DNA from: Helicobacter cetorum
GTDB taxonomy: Bacteria > Campylobacterota > Campylobacteria > Campylobacterales > DZAY01
DNA: 64,000 nucleotides
Direction: 5' to 3'
NCBI GenBank assembly: GCA_022729735.1
Contig: DZAY01000006.1
Span: forward strand, 27,895 to 91,894
Shown here: piece after piece, positions 27,633-37,325 of the stretch
Layout: each line of letters starts with the position of its first letter
How positions within the stretch are numbered: the first letter of the stretch is position 1
Notes under the pieces: model-generated
Told to the model about the DNA's origin: nothing
The model's input: only the letters and a program-made list of their open reading frames with translations
Databases searched by the model: none
Made by a program: the position numbers and the translations under genes

Positions 27633-29428
27633 TCTTCTATTAGCTCAATATTGTGATTAGTTGGAATAGTTTGAAATCCATCACCTTTATATAAATAGCC
27701 ACTATTTATTAAATGTTTTACAATATCTTTAAATGCTGGTGCAGCACTTTGAGAAGCAAAATGAAATTTTGACGGCTCAATTACTGTTACACCAATAGTA
27801 TATTTACTCTCTTTATCATTTGCAAATCCAAAAAATGAGCTGATATATCGTTTGCCATAACCACCTCTTCCTTCTGAAATATGAGATGTTCCTGTCTTTC
27901 CACCAATCTCTATTCCTTCAACTCTTGCATTTATTCCAGTTCCTTGTTCTACTGTTTTAATTAGTGTATTTTTTACTCTATTTGCTGTATTTGCACTAAT
28001 AATTTGGATATTTTGATTTTCAAAAACTTGATGTTTTCCACCATTTTTAAATTCTAAATAGTCAGTCAATCGAGGAGTTACAATAGCACCTTCATTATTA
28101 AAGACATTGTAAGCTTTTAAAAGTTGCATAAATGTAGCATGCATACCATAACCGTATGATACAGTTGCTTTATAAACTTCATCTTTTAATTGTGTTAATT
28201 TTGGGATTGAACCTATACTTTCATATGGTAAATCTATTCCTGTTTTTGAAGCGAAACCAAAATCTAAAAGTCCTTGAAAATAGCTTTGAGTATCAAGTCT
28301 TTGAGAAATTTGAGCCATACCAATATTACTTGAATATATTATCACATGTTCTACATCTAAAAAATTTGCTTTTTTAGTATCTGTAATTATATTTTCACCA
28401 AGCTTATATTTACCACCATATACATTTATAGTTTCATTTGGATTAACTCTATTATGTTCTAAAAGCAAGGAATAAATTATTGGTTTCATAACCGAACCAA
28501 TTTCAAATGAGAACTCAACAGCTTTTGAATTCAAACTTTCAGTATCTGTAATTTTATTTGGATTATATCTATTTGTTGTAGCAAGTGCTAAAATCCTACC
28601 AGTTGAACTTTCCATAACAGATGCTATAATCTCTTTTGCACCAACTCTCTCTTTATGATAATCTAATACATTTTCAACCAATTTTTGAAAATATATAGGA
28701 ACTGTTAGTTGAACATTAGCACCATCAACTCTATTTTGGATAGTTGCACTTTTATCAAATATAACTCTCCAATTTACATCTCTATAGCCAGACCAAAGTG
28801 CATCAACTGTGGCTTCTAACTTCTCTTCATAATATTTTTCTATACCTTTATCACCATATACTTCTGTAAGTCCATTTATATCTTTTTTTCTTACATAACC
28901 TATTACAGGAGTTAATATATCATCAAAAAAGTAATCTCTCTTTTCTCCACTCTCTATAACATTTAGACTTTGTCTTAAAACTTTACTTGTTTTAGGGTCT
29001 TCAATATTTCTAAAAACTCTCATATAATCAAGTATATAAGCAAGTGTTTTTAAATCTCTCGCTTTACTCTCATCTATTCCATAAGTAAGTGTTACATAAG
29101 CATATTTACTATCTAATTTTTCTCTGACACTATCCTCTTCCATTCCACTATATATAGAAAATAGTTTTATAAATAGTTCTCTTTTGTCTTTTTCAATACT
29201 TGAAGAATGCACTGTAACTTTATATAGTTTTCTACTTGATGCAAGACTAATTCCTTCAGCAGATATAATGTTACCTCTCTTTGCAATATCTACTTTTGAA
29301 GTAAGTAGAGTTGGAAGACTTCTTTCAGTAAAAACTGTGAAAGATACTGCAAATAAAAAGAAAATAAAGAGGAACATTATTACAGAAAATAGTATAGCTA
29401 CCTTGCTCTTTTTATCATTTTTATCCAT
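27629..29428 (-). CDS. ftsI: Penicillin-binding protein (class B transpeptidase; FtsI/PBP3-like)
   Basis: N-terminal TM anchor and the transpeptidase motifs SVMKP (SxxK), SSN and KTGT. The preferred start is ATG 29428 (MDKNDKK); the ORF track uses the TTG at 29443. Confidence 0.8.
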   Translation of the reverse strand: MDKNDKKSKVAILFSVIMFLFIFFLFAVSFTVFTERSLPTLLTSKVDIAKRGNIISAEGISLASSRKLYKVTVHSSSIEKDKRELFIKLFSIYSGMEEDSVREKLDSKYAYVTLTYGIDESKARDLKTLAYILDYMRVFRNIEDPKTSKVLRQSLNVIESGEKRDYFFDDILTPVIGYVRKKDINGLTEVYGDKGIEKYYEEKLEATVDALWSGYRDVNWRVIFDKSATIQNRVDGANVQLTVPIYFQKLVENVLDYHKERVGAKEIIASVMESSTGRILALATTNRYNPNKITDTESLNSKAVEFSFEIGSVMKPIIYSLLLEHNRVNPNETINVYGGKYKLGENIITDTKKANFLDVEHVIIYSSNIGMAQISQRLDTQSYFQGLLDFGFASKTGIDLPYESIGSIPKLTQLKDEVYKATVSYGYGMHATFMQLLKAYNVFNNEGAIVTPRLTDYLEFKNGGKHQVFENQNIQIISANTANRVKNTLIKTVEQGTGINARVEGIEIGGKTGTSHISEGRGGYGKRYISSFFGFANDKESKYTIGVTVIEPSKFHFASQSAAPAFKDIVKHLINSGYLYKGDGFQTIPTNHNIELIED

Positions 29429-29446
29429 TAAAAAAACACACAAACA

Positions 29447-29746
29447 TTACATTTGTGTTCTTAATAACTCTTTATATGCACTTATTGCTTTATTTCTAAC
29501 TTCAAGCATAAGTTTCATACTACTCTCTGCCTTATTAATAGCTAATGCTGCTTGGTGAAGGTCTTTTACTTGTCCTGTAGCTATATCACTAAGTGCTTTT
29601 TCTCCATCAATTTGTAGTTGATTTAACTCATTTACTGACTCTTTTAAAAGTTGTTCAAAACCACTACCACCACTACTTTGACTATTCCCATTTTTTAAAT
29701 TACTACTTCCTACAGCATTTTGATTATTAATTCTATCCAATGCCAT
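29447..29746 (-). CDS. fliE: Flagellar hook-basal body complex protein FliE
   Basis: 99 aa. The C-terminal half (..LHQAALAINKAESSMKLMLEVRNKAISAYKELL) is FliE-like, and the gene sits in the flgB-flgC-fliE order. Confidence 0.85.
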   Translation of the reverse strand: MALDRINNQNAVGSSNLKNGNSQSSGGSGFEQLLKESVNELNQLQIDGEKALSDIATGQVKDLHQAALAINKAESSMKLMLEVRNKAISAYKELLRTQM

Positions 29747-29760
29747 TTTTTATCCTTTTA

Positions 29761-30255
29761 TTATACTTGTAATAGACTAATTGCTGTATTTGCCATTGTT
29801 TTTACACTTTGGAATGCTGACACATTAGCCTGATATGCTCTTGTTGCTTCTATTAAATCGGCCATCTCTACAACTGGATTAATATTTGGATATGCCACAT
29901 ATCCATTTGCATCAGCATCTGGATGAGATGGGTCATATTTTAGTTTTGGTTCAGTATCATCTCTCACGACTTTATCAACCAACACACCCATTACAGCTGG
30001 TTTTGGCTCTCTGTATTTATCACCTTCATCTAAAGGGTCTTCGTATTTTAACATATTATTGTTTTCACTTAGCTGTTGATTTAACATTTCATTAAAATCA
30101 AAAGCTTTTAATACAACTTCTCTTCTTCGGTATGGTCCGCCCTCATCAGTTCTAGTTGTATTTGCATTTGCAATATTACTATTTATAATATTTACTCTAA
30201 ATCTTTGAGCTGAAAGCCCATATCCATTAATATCAAAGCTTGATAAAAAGTTCAT
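29761..30255 (-). CDS. flgC: Flagellar basal-body rod protein FlgC
   Basis: SAQRFRVNIINSNIANANTTR N-terminal rod motif and C-terminal EMADLIEATRAYQANV. Confidence 0.9.
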   Translation of the reverse strand: MNFLSSFDINGYGLSAQRFRVNIINSNIANANTTRTDEGGPYRRREVVLKAFDFNEMLNQQLSENNNMLKYEDPLDEGDKYREPKPAVMGVLVDKVVRDDTEPKLKYDPSHPDADANGYVAYPNINPVVEMADLIEATRAYQANVSAFQSVKTMANTAISLLQV

Positions 30256-30264
30256 CTTATATCC

Positions 30265-30702
30265 TTATTGTAATTTGCCAGAAGCATCTATAACAGTTCT
30301 AAATATTGCACTCTGTTTTTTTAGACCTTCAACTAAAGCATTATACATAACTCCATTTTTTCCCATCTCGGTTGTTTCAACATCTAAATCAACACTATTA
30401 CCATCATTTCTTGCTAAATGTCCATCTCTAAAAAAGAGAGTTGCTTTTCCATTATCAATATCTTCTATTGGGTCTAAATGTTGATTATCTGTTTTTGCTA
30501 ACTCTAATTTTTTAGAATCAGAAACAGAAAATAGTTTATTTGACTCTTCGATTAAATGGCTTTCAAAATGAATATCTTTAGGTCTATAATATGGAGTATC
30601 AACATTTGCCATATTACTATTTATTAAATCAGACCTAATTGAACGGTAGTTTAGTGCTGACTTTGCCAATTCCATAGATTTAAAAAATTGAAACTTATCC
30701 AT
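30265..30702 (-). CDS. flgB: Flagellar basal-body rod protein FlgB (start revised to ATG 30702)
   Basis: SNMANVDTPYYRP and DGNSVDLDVETTEMGKN are FlgB motifs. ATG 30702 (MDKFQFF) is preceded by AAGGAG. The ORF-track extension to 30732 would overlap the putative promoter. Confidence 0.85.
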   Translation of the reverse strand: MDKFQFFKSMELAKSALNYRSIRSDLINSNMANVDTPYYRPKDIHFESHLIEESNKLFSVSDSKKLELAKTDNQHLDPIEDIDNGKATLFFRDGHLARNDGNSVDLDVETTEMGKNGVMYNALVEGLKKQSAIFRTVIDASGKLQ

Positions 30703-30726
30703 AATAACTCCTTGATAAAAGGTAAA

Positions 30727-30744
30727 AAGCAAAAAATGTTCCTA
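30727..30744 (-). promoter_or_regulatory. Candidate sigma54 (-24/-12) promoter for flgB-flgC-fliE-ftsI
   Basis: The minus strand reads TTAGGAACATTTTTTGCTTTT. This is GGAAC-N5-TTGCT with the same GG-to-GC spacing as the TGGCAC-N5-TTGC consensus. The GC lies about 28 nt upstream of the flgB ATG. Confidence 0.4.
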
Positions 30745-30771
30745 AATCTTTTAATCTGATATTGTTATATA

Positions 30772-30793
30772 TTTTGCTAAAATTTTAGCAAAA
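30772..30793. promoter_or_regulatory. Perfect 22-bp palindrome TTTTGCTAAAA|TTTTAGCAAAA in the flgB/ftsW divergent intergenic region (possible operator)
   Basis: Read directly; the two 11-nt arms are exact reverse complements with no spacer. It ends 21 nt upstream of the ftsW ATG (30815). Confidence 0.45.
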
Positions 30794-30814
30794 AAATCCT
30801 AAAAGAAAAAGCAG

Positions 30815-31987
30815 ATGGTTGATAAGTTACTATTTTATTTTGTGTCAATAGCAATATTAGTTGGTGTAGTATTTTCATATTCACTCTCATGTTATGCAAC
30901 TATTTTATTAAAAACAGATAATCAATTCCACTTTTTTTTAAGAGAGCTTGGAAGTGCTTTTGTTGGAATAGTTCTTATGTGGTTAATTTCCAGAGCTGAC
31001 CCTGATAAGATTATTAATAGAATTGGATTTACTCTATTTTTCTTATTTCTATTTTTAATTATAATACTTCCTTTTTTGCCTGAAAGTATGGCAACTGAAG
31101 CTGGTGGAGCTAAAAGATGGATTAGGTTACCTGGATTTTCATTGACACCTGTTGAATTTTTTAAAATTGGTTTTGTATTCTTTTTGGCTTGGAGTTTTTC
31201 ACGAAAGTTTCCAAAAATAATAGATGAAAGACTCCCTTTAAAAGATGAATTTATTCTCCTAACTCCTTATGTTGTGCTGTTTTTATTTATAGTTTTTTTA
31301 ATATCTTTTATTCAAAATGATTTAGGACAAGTTGTACTACTTGGAATTACACTTGCATTTTTACTATTTTTTGCTGGTGGTAGTTCAAAACTATTTGCTG
31401 TTTTAATGTCAAGCTCTCTTGTATTAATGTTTGTAGCAATTTTAACTTCTGAACATAGAATTCATAGAATAAAACAGTGGTGGGCAATTAGTCAAAATTT
31501 TATACTTTCACTTCTTCCAAATTCAATTGCAGATATATTAAGAATTCATGATTTGCCAGAACCTTATCAAATTGCTCACTCTTTAAATGCTATTAAACAT
31601 GGTGGAATTTTTGGAGAAGGACTTGGAAATGGAATAATAAAACTTGGATTTTTGAGTGAAGTTCATACAGATATAGTTTTAGCAGGTATTAGTGAAGAGA
31701 TTGGGTTATTTGGAGTAACTATTATTACTTTTTTAATAGCTTTAATTATTTATAGAATACTAAAAATTGCTGGTAGAAGTCATAATAGGGTTTATTATCT
31801 ATTTACAGTGGGTGTTGCAATTTTAATCGCATTTTCATTTTTGATAAATGCTCTTGGAATTTCTGGAATGGTTCCAATCAAAGGAATAGCAGTTCCATTT
31901 TTAAGTTATGGTGGAAGTTCCGTAATTGCACTCTGTTTTGCAGTTGGAATGGTTCTATCTATTAGTAAAAAGGCTGATTTAAGATGA
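30815..31987 (+). CDS. ftsW: SEDS-family peptidoglycan glycosyltransferase FtsW/RodA
   Basis: About 10 TM segments. The motifs RWIRLPGFSLTPVEFFKI, SEVHTDIVLAGISEEIG and PFLSYGGSS are typical SEDS signatures. Confidence 0.85.
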   Translation: MVDKLLFYFVSIAILVGVVFSYSLSCYATILLKTDNQFHFFLRELGSAFVGIVLMWLISRADPDKIINRIGFTLFFLFLFLIIILPFLPESMATEAGGAKRWIRLPGFSLTPVEFFKIGFVFFLAWSFSRKFPKIIDERLPLKDEFILLTPYVVLFLFIVFLISFIQNDLGQVVLLGITLAFLLFFAGGSSKLFAVLMSSSLVLMFVAILTSEHRIHRIKQWWAISQNFILSLLPNSIADILRIHDLPEPYQIAHSLNAIKHGGIFGEGLGNGIIKLGFLSEVHTDIVLAGISEEIGLFGVTIITFLIALIIYRILKIAGRSHNRVYYLFTVGVAILIAFSFLINALGISGMVPIKGIAVPFLSYGGSSVIALCFAVGMVLSISKKADLR

Positions 31988-33003
31988 TAGCAATAACAGG
32001 TGGTGGAACAGGTGGGCATTTGAGTGTTGCAAAAGCAATAAAAGATGAGTTAGTTAAACTTGGAATAAAACCAATTTTTATAGGTTCAAAAAATGGACAA
32101 GATAAATTTTGGTTTGAAAACGATGATGGTTTTAGTGAAAAATATTTTTTTAATAGTGTTGGAGTTGTAAATAAAGAGTTAAGTGGTAAATTTAACTCTT
32201 TAAAAAATATATTATCCTACTCATTAGAGTGTAAAGAAATTTTTAAAAAACACTCTATCAAAGTTATATTTAGTGTGGGTGGTTACTCTTCAGCACCAGC
32301 ATCAATTGCTTCAGTTATATTTCTTAAAAAATTATATATTCATGAACAAAATGCTATTTTTGGAACTTTGAATAGAGTGTTAAAACCTTTTGCAAAATCT
32401 GTTTTTAGCTCATATAGCACTACTTCACCTCTAAAAAATTATCCAATTAGAGATATATTTTTTCAAAGTAGAAGAGTTAGAGAAGATGTAAAAAAAATTA
32501 TATTCTTAGGTGGTAGTCAAGGGGCCAGAGCTATAAATGATTTTGCACTAAGCAGTGCTTTAAGATTATCTAAAATGGGAATATCAATAATTCATCAAGC
32601 AGGTGCAAAAGATTATCAGAGAGTTTATGAAGAGTATAAAAAACTTGGAATAAAAGTTGAACTATTTGAATTTAGCAAAAAGATAGATGAAAAGATTAAA
32701 GAAGCAGATTTTGCAGTTAGTAGAGCTGGAGCTTCTACTCTTTGGGAACTTGTGGCATCTCAAATTCCAACTCTATTTGTGCCATATCCTTATGCTGTAA
32801 AAAATCATCAATATTTTAATGCAAAATTTTTAGTAGATAAAGGATTAGCTTTTTTAAGTAAAGAAGATGATTTAAGTGAAGATTTATTAATTCAATGTTT
32901 GGGTAGTGATATAGAACATATTAGTAGAGATTTGATAGATATAATAGAACCAAATGGAGCTAAAGAGATAGCACAATATTTACTAAACTCTCTTAATTCT
33001 TAA
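31984..33003 (+). CDS. murG: UDP-N-acetylglucosamine--N-acetylmuramyl-(pentapeptide) pyrophosphoryl-undecaprenol GlcNAc transferase MurG
   Basis: TGGGTGGHL N-terminus, GGSQGA, and SRAGASTLWEL. The start overlaps the ftsW stop (ATGA). Confidence 0.9.
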   Translation: MIAITGGGTGGHLSVAKAIKDELVKLGIKPIFIGSKNGQDKFWFENDDGFSEKYFFNSVGVVNKELSGKFNSLKNILSYSLECKEIFKKHSIKVIFSVGGYSSAPASIASVIFLKKLYIHEQNAIFGTLNRVLKPFAKSVFSSYSTTSPLKNYPIRDIFFQSRRVREDVKKIIFLGGSQGARAINDFALSSALRLSKMGISIIHQAGAKDYQRVYEEYKKLGIKVELFEFSKKIDEKIKEADFAVSRAGASTLWELVASQIPTLFVPYPYAVKNHQYFNAKFLVDKGLAFLSKEDDLSEDLLIQCLGSDIEHISRDLIDIIEPNGAKEIAQYLLNSLNS

Positions 33004-33016
33004 TTTATAGCTACTT

Positions 33017-33025
33017 TGGTAGAAT
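33017..33025 (+). promoter_or_regulatory. Possible extended -10 promoter element (TGgTAGAAT) upstream of alaS
   Basis: TGGTAGAAT lies 28 nt upstream of the alaS ATG. This is weak evidence in AT-rich DNA. Confidence 0.25.
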
Positions 33026-33053
33026 TTCCTAATTTTATTTTTAAGGTATAACA

Positions 33054-35612
33054 ATGGATGTAAGAAAGGCTTTCTTAGACTTTTTTGAGCATAAAGGACA
33101 CAAAATTTACTCAAGTAACCCTTTAGTTCCCGATGATGCTACACTACTATTTACAAATGCAGGAATGGTTCAATTTAAAGATATTTTTACAGGTAAAATC
33201 CCAACTCCAACAAATCCAAAAGCTACAAGTTGTCAATTGTGCATAAGAGCTGGAGGAAAACATAACGATTTAGAAAATGTAGGATTTACTGCGAGACATC
33301 ATACACTTTTTGAAATGTTAGGAAACTTCTCTTTTGGAGACTATTTTAAAACTGATGCTATCAAATATGCTTGGGAGTTTGTAACAGAAATTTTAAAACT
33401 ACCAAAAGAGCGACTTTGGGTAACAGTTCATCACAGTGATGATGAAGCATTTGCTATTTGGGAAAACTATATTTCAAGTGAGCGAATTAAAAAATTTGGT
33501 GATAAAGATAACTTTTGGCAAATGGGAGACACTGGTGCTTGTGGTCCTTGTAGTGAAATCTATTATGACCAAGGTGAAGAGAATTTTAACTCAAAAGAGG
33601 ACTATTTAGGTGGAGATGGTGATAGATTTTTAGAAATTTGGAACTTAGTATTTATGCAGTATGAGCGAGATTTGAGTGGTAATTTAAAACCTCTTCCAAA
33701 ACCATCAATTGATACAGGAATGGGATTAGAGAGAGTTGTGGCTATTAGAGAAGGTGTGTTAAGCAATTATGATTCATCTCTATTTATGCCACTAATTAGG
33801 GAAATCGAGAGAATGGCACACAAAAAATACGAGTATAGCAGTGGTGCAAGTTTTAGAGTAATAGCTGACCATATTCGTTCAACAACATTTCTACTTGCTC
33901 AAGGTGTAACATTTGATAGAGAAGGTAGAGGTTATGTGCTTAGAAGAATATTAAGAAGAGCTATTAGACATGGCTATCTACTTGGAATAAATGCCCCGTT
34001 TTTATATAAATTAGTGGATATTTTAGTTGAGCAAATGGGTGAGCAATATATTGAACTCAAAGATAAAAAAGAGAGTATTAAATCATCTATGGAGTTAGAA
34101 GAGAGTAGATTTTTTGCAACTATTGCTTCTGGAATTGAGTTATTTGAAAAAGAGTTACAAAATACAAAAGATATTTTTAGTGGAGATGTAGCATTTAAGT
34201 TATATGATACATACGGTTTTCCGTTGGATTTAACGGAAGATATGTTAAAAGATAAGCAGTTAATTGTAGATAAAAGTAGATTTGAAGCTCTTATGAGTGA
34301 GCAGAAACTTAGAGCAAAGGCTTCTTGGAAAGGGAGTGGTGATAAGATTTTAGACGGTGATTTTAAAGAGCTTTTAGAAAAGTTTGGAGTAAATAGTTTT
34401 TGTGGTTATGAAACAAAAGAGTGTGAGAGTGAAATATTAGCACTTTTAGATAGTGAATTTAGAGAAATTCATTCACTTGAAGCAGATAGTGAAGGCTATA
34501 TTATGCTTAATAATAGCCCATTTTATGCAGAAAGTGGAGGGCAATGTGGTGATAGTGGAGAGCTATTTTTAGATGGGGAGTTGATTGCTAAAGTTATTGA
34601 AACTAAAAAGTTTTTCAATTTGAATATTTCAAAAATAGAGAGTATAAAACCAATATTAAAAGATAAAAAAGTAGTGGCAAAAGTATCTAATGAGCGATTT
34701 GAAATAGCAAAACATCATTCGGCAACTCATCTACTACATAAAGCATTAAGAGAAGTTTTAGGAGAGAGTGTTGCTCAAGCAGGAAGTTTAGTTGAATCAA
34801 AACGACTTAGATTTGATTTTAGTTATCCAAAAGCTTTGAGTAAAGATGAAATTGAAAAATTAGAATCAATCGTAAATGAGCAAATAGCTAAAAATATAGC
34901 TACAACGACGACTATAATGGGAGTAGATGAAGCAAAAGCTAAAGGAGCTATGGCTCTATTTGGTGAAAAATATGGTGATGTGGTTAGAGTTGTGGAGATG
35001 GGAGATTTTAGTTTGGAGCTTTGTGGTGGCACACATATATCCAACTCAAGTGAAATAGGTTCATTTTATATACTAAAAGAGTCTGGTGTGAGTGCTGGAG
35101 TTAGGAGAATTGAAGCTGTTTGTGGATTAAGTGCAATAGAGTATGTAAAATCTATTATAAAAGTTTATGAAGAAGCAAAAGATGAGCTAAAATCGCAAGA
35201 TTTATTACTTGGCATTAAAAAATTAAAAGAGACTCAAAAAGAGTTAAAAGAGCAATTAACAAAATCAAAAAGTGGTGCAAAAGTTGATTTAAATGAGACT
35301 ATTTTAAATGGAGTTAAAGTAATAATTGATGAGGTTATCGATATTGATGCAAAAGTTTTAATTGATAATTTAAAAAATCAAAATGAAAAACTTTTAATTA
35401 TGCTGTTTGTGAAGCTTGAAGATAAACTAACAATTTTTGCAGGAGTAAAAGGTGTTAGCTTAAGTGCTAAAGAGTGGGTTTTAAAAGTTGCAAAACTACT
35501 TGGTGGAGGTGGAGGTGGAAGAGATGACTTCGCTCAAGCAGGTGGAAAAGATTTATCTCTGCTTAATGAAGCAAAAGAGTTAGCAAGAGATATTATAATA
35601 AGTTCAATTTGA
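33054..35612 (+). CDS. alaS: Alanine--tRNA ligase AlaS
   Basis: [21 protein letters not shown], the editing-domain HHSATHLL...CGGTH, and C-terminal [15 protein letters not shown]. Confidence 0.95.
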   Translation: MDVRKAFLDFFEHKGHKIYSSNPLVPDDATLLFTNAGMVQFKDIFTGKIPTPTNPKATSCQLCIRAGGKHNDLENVGFTARHHTLFEMLGNFSFGDYFKTDAIKYAWEFVTEILKLPKERLWVTVHHSDDEAFAIWENYISSERIKKFGDKDNFWQMGDTGACGPCSEIYYDQGEENFNSKEDYLGGDGDRFLEIWNLVFMQYERDLSGNLKPLPKPSIDTGMGLERVVAIREGVLSNYDSSLFMPLIREIERMAHKKYEYSSGASFRVIADHIRSTTFLLAQGVTFDREGRGYVLRRILRRAIRHGYLLGINAPFLYKLVDILVEQMGEQYIELKDKKESIKSSMELEESRFFATIASGIELFEKELQNTKDIFSGDVAFKLYDTYGFPLDLTEDMLKDKQLIVDKSRFEALMSEQKLRAKASWKGSGDKILDGDFKELLEKFGVNSFCGYETKECESEILALLDSEFREIHSLEADSEGYIMLNNSPFYAESGGQCGDSGELFLDGELIAKVIETKKFFNLNISKIESIKPILKDKKVVAKVSNERFEIAKHHSATHLLHKALREVLGESVAQAGSLVESKRLRFDFSYPKALSKDEIEKLESIVNEQIAKNIATTTTIMGVDEAKAKGAMALFGEKYGDVVRVVEMGDFSLELCGGTHISNSSEIGSFYILKESGVSAGVRRIEAVCGLSAIEYVKSIIKVYEEAKDELKSQDLLLGIKKLKETQKELKEQLTKSKSGAKVDLNETILNGVKVIIDEVIDIDAKVLIDNLKNQNEKLLIMLFVKLEDKLTIFAGVKGVSLSAKEWVLKVAKLLGGGGGGRDDFAQAGGKDLSLLNEAKELARDIIISSI

Positions 35613-35622
35613 GGAATAATTT

Positions 35623-36108
35623 GTGAAAGATTTTATAGTAGAACATGCAAGATATTTTGTATTTTTTCATGTTTTAAGTGCAATTATTTGGATTGGTGGA
35701 GCAATAGTTTTGAAATTTGCGATTACAAGTAGTTTAAATTTAATAGAAGATAGTAAAGTAAGATTTGCAAGAGTTTTAGAAATTTATGCTAAATATTTTG
35801 CACTAACTTTAATATTTGCTCTAATTTTAGTGGCAACTGGAGCTATGGTTACAGTTGGATTTGGCTTAGCAAAAGCTACTCCACCAATAAATATGATAGT
35901 GCATATAAAAGAGACAATGTGGTTAATTTTGGGGGTTTTATTATTTATGGGTTTTAAAAAACGGAAAAACTCGCAAATGGCATTTTTAAGTGGTGATATG
36001 GAAAAGTGTAAAAAGGATATAGATTTTATCGAGAAAGTTGTATTAAATGGCACAATTGCATTAGGACTTATTGCTATCTATTTTGGAACAGTTCTTAGAG
36101 GGTTGTAA
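35623..36108 (+). CDS. Integral membrane protein, 4 predicted TM helices, function unknown
   Basis: Hydrophobic segments FVFFHVLSAIIWIGGAIVL, ALTLIFALILVATGAMV, MWLILGVLLFMGF and IALGLIAIYFG. GTG start. Confidence 0.5.
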   Translation: MKDFIVEHARYFVFFHVLSAIIWIGGAIVLKFAITSSLNLIEDSKVRFARVLEIYAKYFALTLIFALILVATGAMVTVGFGLAKATPPINMIVHIKETMWLILGVLLFMGFKKRKNSQMAFLSGDMEKCKKDIDFIEKVVLNGTIALGLIAIYFGTVLRGL

Positions 36109-36128
36109 AACTCTCTTAAAAAGGATTT

Positions 36129-36752
36129 ATGATGACGGATTCAGAGTTAAGAGGACTTATAGCTGAAACATTTAGAGGTATAGCAGAGTTAAGAGAGTTT
36201 CAACAAAAAGTTGATGAACAGATGAAAAAAACTGATGAGCAGATGAAAAAAACTGATGAGCGAATGAAAAAAACTGATGAGCGAATGAAAAGAACCGATG
36301 AAAAAATTGAAAAAATTGCACAAATGATTGGTGGAATTTCTAATAATCAAGGAGCAGTCGCTGAAGAGTTTTTCTATAATTCACTTAAGCATAATCAAGA
36401 GTTGGGTGGAATAAAATATGATTTTATTGATAAAAATGTGACAAGAGCAAAAGGTAAGATAGAAGATGAGTTTGATATTTTGATGATAAATGGAAAAGAT
36501 GTAGCAATCATTGAAACAAAATATAAAGCACATAAGAATGATTTGGAAAAATTAATTAATAAAAAACATAATAACTTTAAAGAGCTATTCCCAATGTATA
36601 AAGAGTATAATCACCATTTAGTTTTGGCATCATTTCATATAAATGATGATTTGAAAGAAGAAGCACTTAATAAAGGTGTAATGGTTCTTCAACGAAGAGG
36701 AAATATGGTTGAAGTTTTTGAAAATAGCAATATAGAAAATATTTATGATTAG
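36129..36752 (+). CDS. Protein with an N-terminal heptad-repeat coiled coil and a C-terminal PD-(D/E)XK nuclease-like core, function unknown
   Basis: The N-terminal repeats are DEQMKKT DEQMKKT DERMKKT DERMKRT DEKIEKI. The C-terminal EDEFDILMINGKDVAIIETKYK fits D-x13-E-x-K of the restriction-endonuclease fold. AAGGA lies 2 nt before the ATG, and the stop overlaps the maf start. Confidence 0.55.
   Translation: MMTDSELRGLIAETFRGIAELREFQQKVDEQMKKTDEQMKKTDERMKKTDERMKRTDEKIEKIAQMIGGISNNQGAVAEEFFYNSLKHNQELGGIKYDFIDKNVTRAKGKIEDEFDILMINGKDVAIIETKYKAHKNDLEKLINKKHNNFKELFPMYKEYNHHLVLASFHINDDLKEEALNKGVMVLQRRGNMVEVFENSNIENIYD
36213..36317 (+). repeat. In-frame 21-bp tandem repeat, four near-identical units plus one degenerate unit
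   Basis: The units are GATGAACAGATGAAAAAAACT / GATGAGCAGATGAAAAAAACT / GATGAGCGAATGAAAAAAACT / GATGAGCGAATGAAAAGAACC / GATGAAAAAATTGAAAAAATT, read directly. Confidence 0.9.
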
Positions 36753-37287
36753 ACTTGCTTCAAGCTCTCCTACAAGGGCTAATATTTTAACTGATGCTAA
36801 TATAGCATTTATTCAATCACATATTGATATAGATGAAAGGTCTATAAAAGCTATTAGTGCAAAAAGTTATGTATATAGTGTGGCTTTGGCAAAGTTTAAG
36901 TTTGCATTGGAAAAATTTGGTTTTGAAACTCCACTACTTGTAGCAGATACAGTTATAAGTGTGAAAGATAAGTTACTTTTTAAACCAACAAATAGAGATG
37001 AAGCGAGAGAGTTTTTACTATTACAAAGTGGAAATAGAGTTGATATTATAACTGCTATGTTTTTTAAATCCAAAAAAATAGAACTTAGTGATATATCTTT
37101 AACATCTTATCTTTTTAAAACATTTAATAAAGATGATTTGGAAGAGTATATAAACTCTAATGAGTGGAGTGGTAAAGCTGGAGGCTGTATGGTTGAAGGA
37201 TTTTGTAGTAAATATATAGAGAGTGTATATGGATTTAAAAGCAATGCTATGGGGCTTTGTGTTGAAAATTTAAAAGCTTTTTTATAA
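36745..37287 (+). CDS. maf: Maf-family nucleoside triphosphate pyrophosphatase
   Basis: MIRLASSSPTRANIL (Maf N-terminal motif), ..ADTVI.. and KAGGCMVEG. Confidence 0.75.
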   Translation: MIRLASSSPTRANILTDANIAFIQSHIDIDERSIKAISAKSYVYSVALAKFKFALEKFGFETPLLVADTVISVKDKLLFKPTNRDEAREFLLLQSGNRVDIITAMFFKSKKIELSDISLTSYLFKTFNKDDLEEYINSNEWSGKAGGCMVEGFCSKYIESVYGFKSNAMGLCVENLKAFL

Positions 37288-37325
37288 AATCATCTCTATA
37301 ATTTTTAATCTTTTAAAGGATTTTT

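Noticed and set aside
35501-35525. A GGTGGAGGTGGAGGTGGA repeat near the 3' end of alaS.
   Set aside because: It encodes the conserved C-terminal GGGGGGR motif of alanyl-tRNA synthetases, so it is not an independent repeat element.
35623-36108. Possible HemJ (protoporphyrinogen oxidase) or CopD-like identity for the 4-TM protein, based on the FHVLSAIIWIGG segment.
   Set aside because: The resemblance is limited to one helix with a His. A HemY-type oxidase is already encoded at 4316..5638. Without a profile search the assignment would be a guess.
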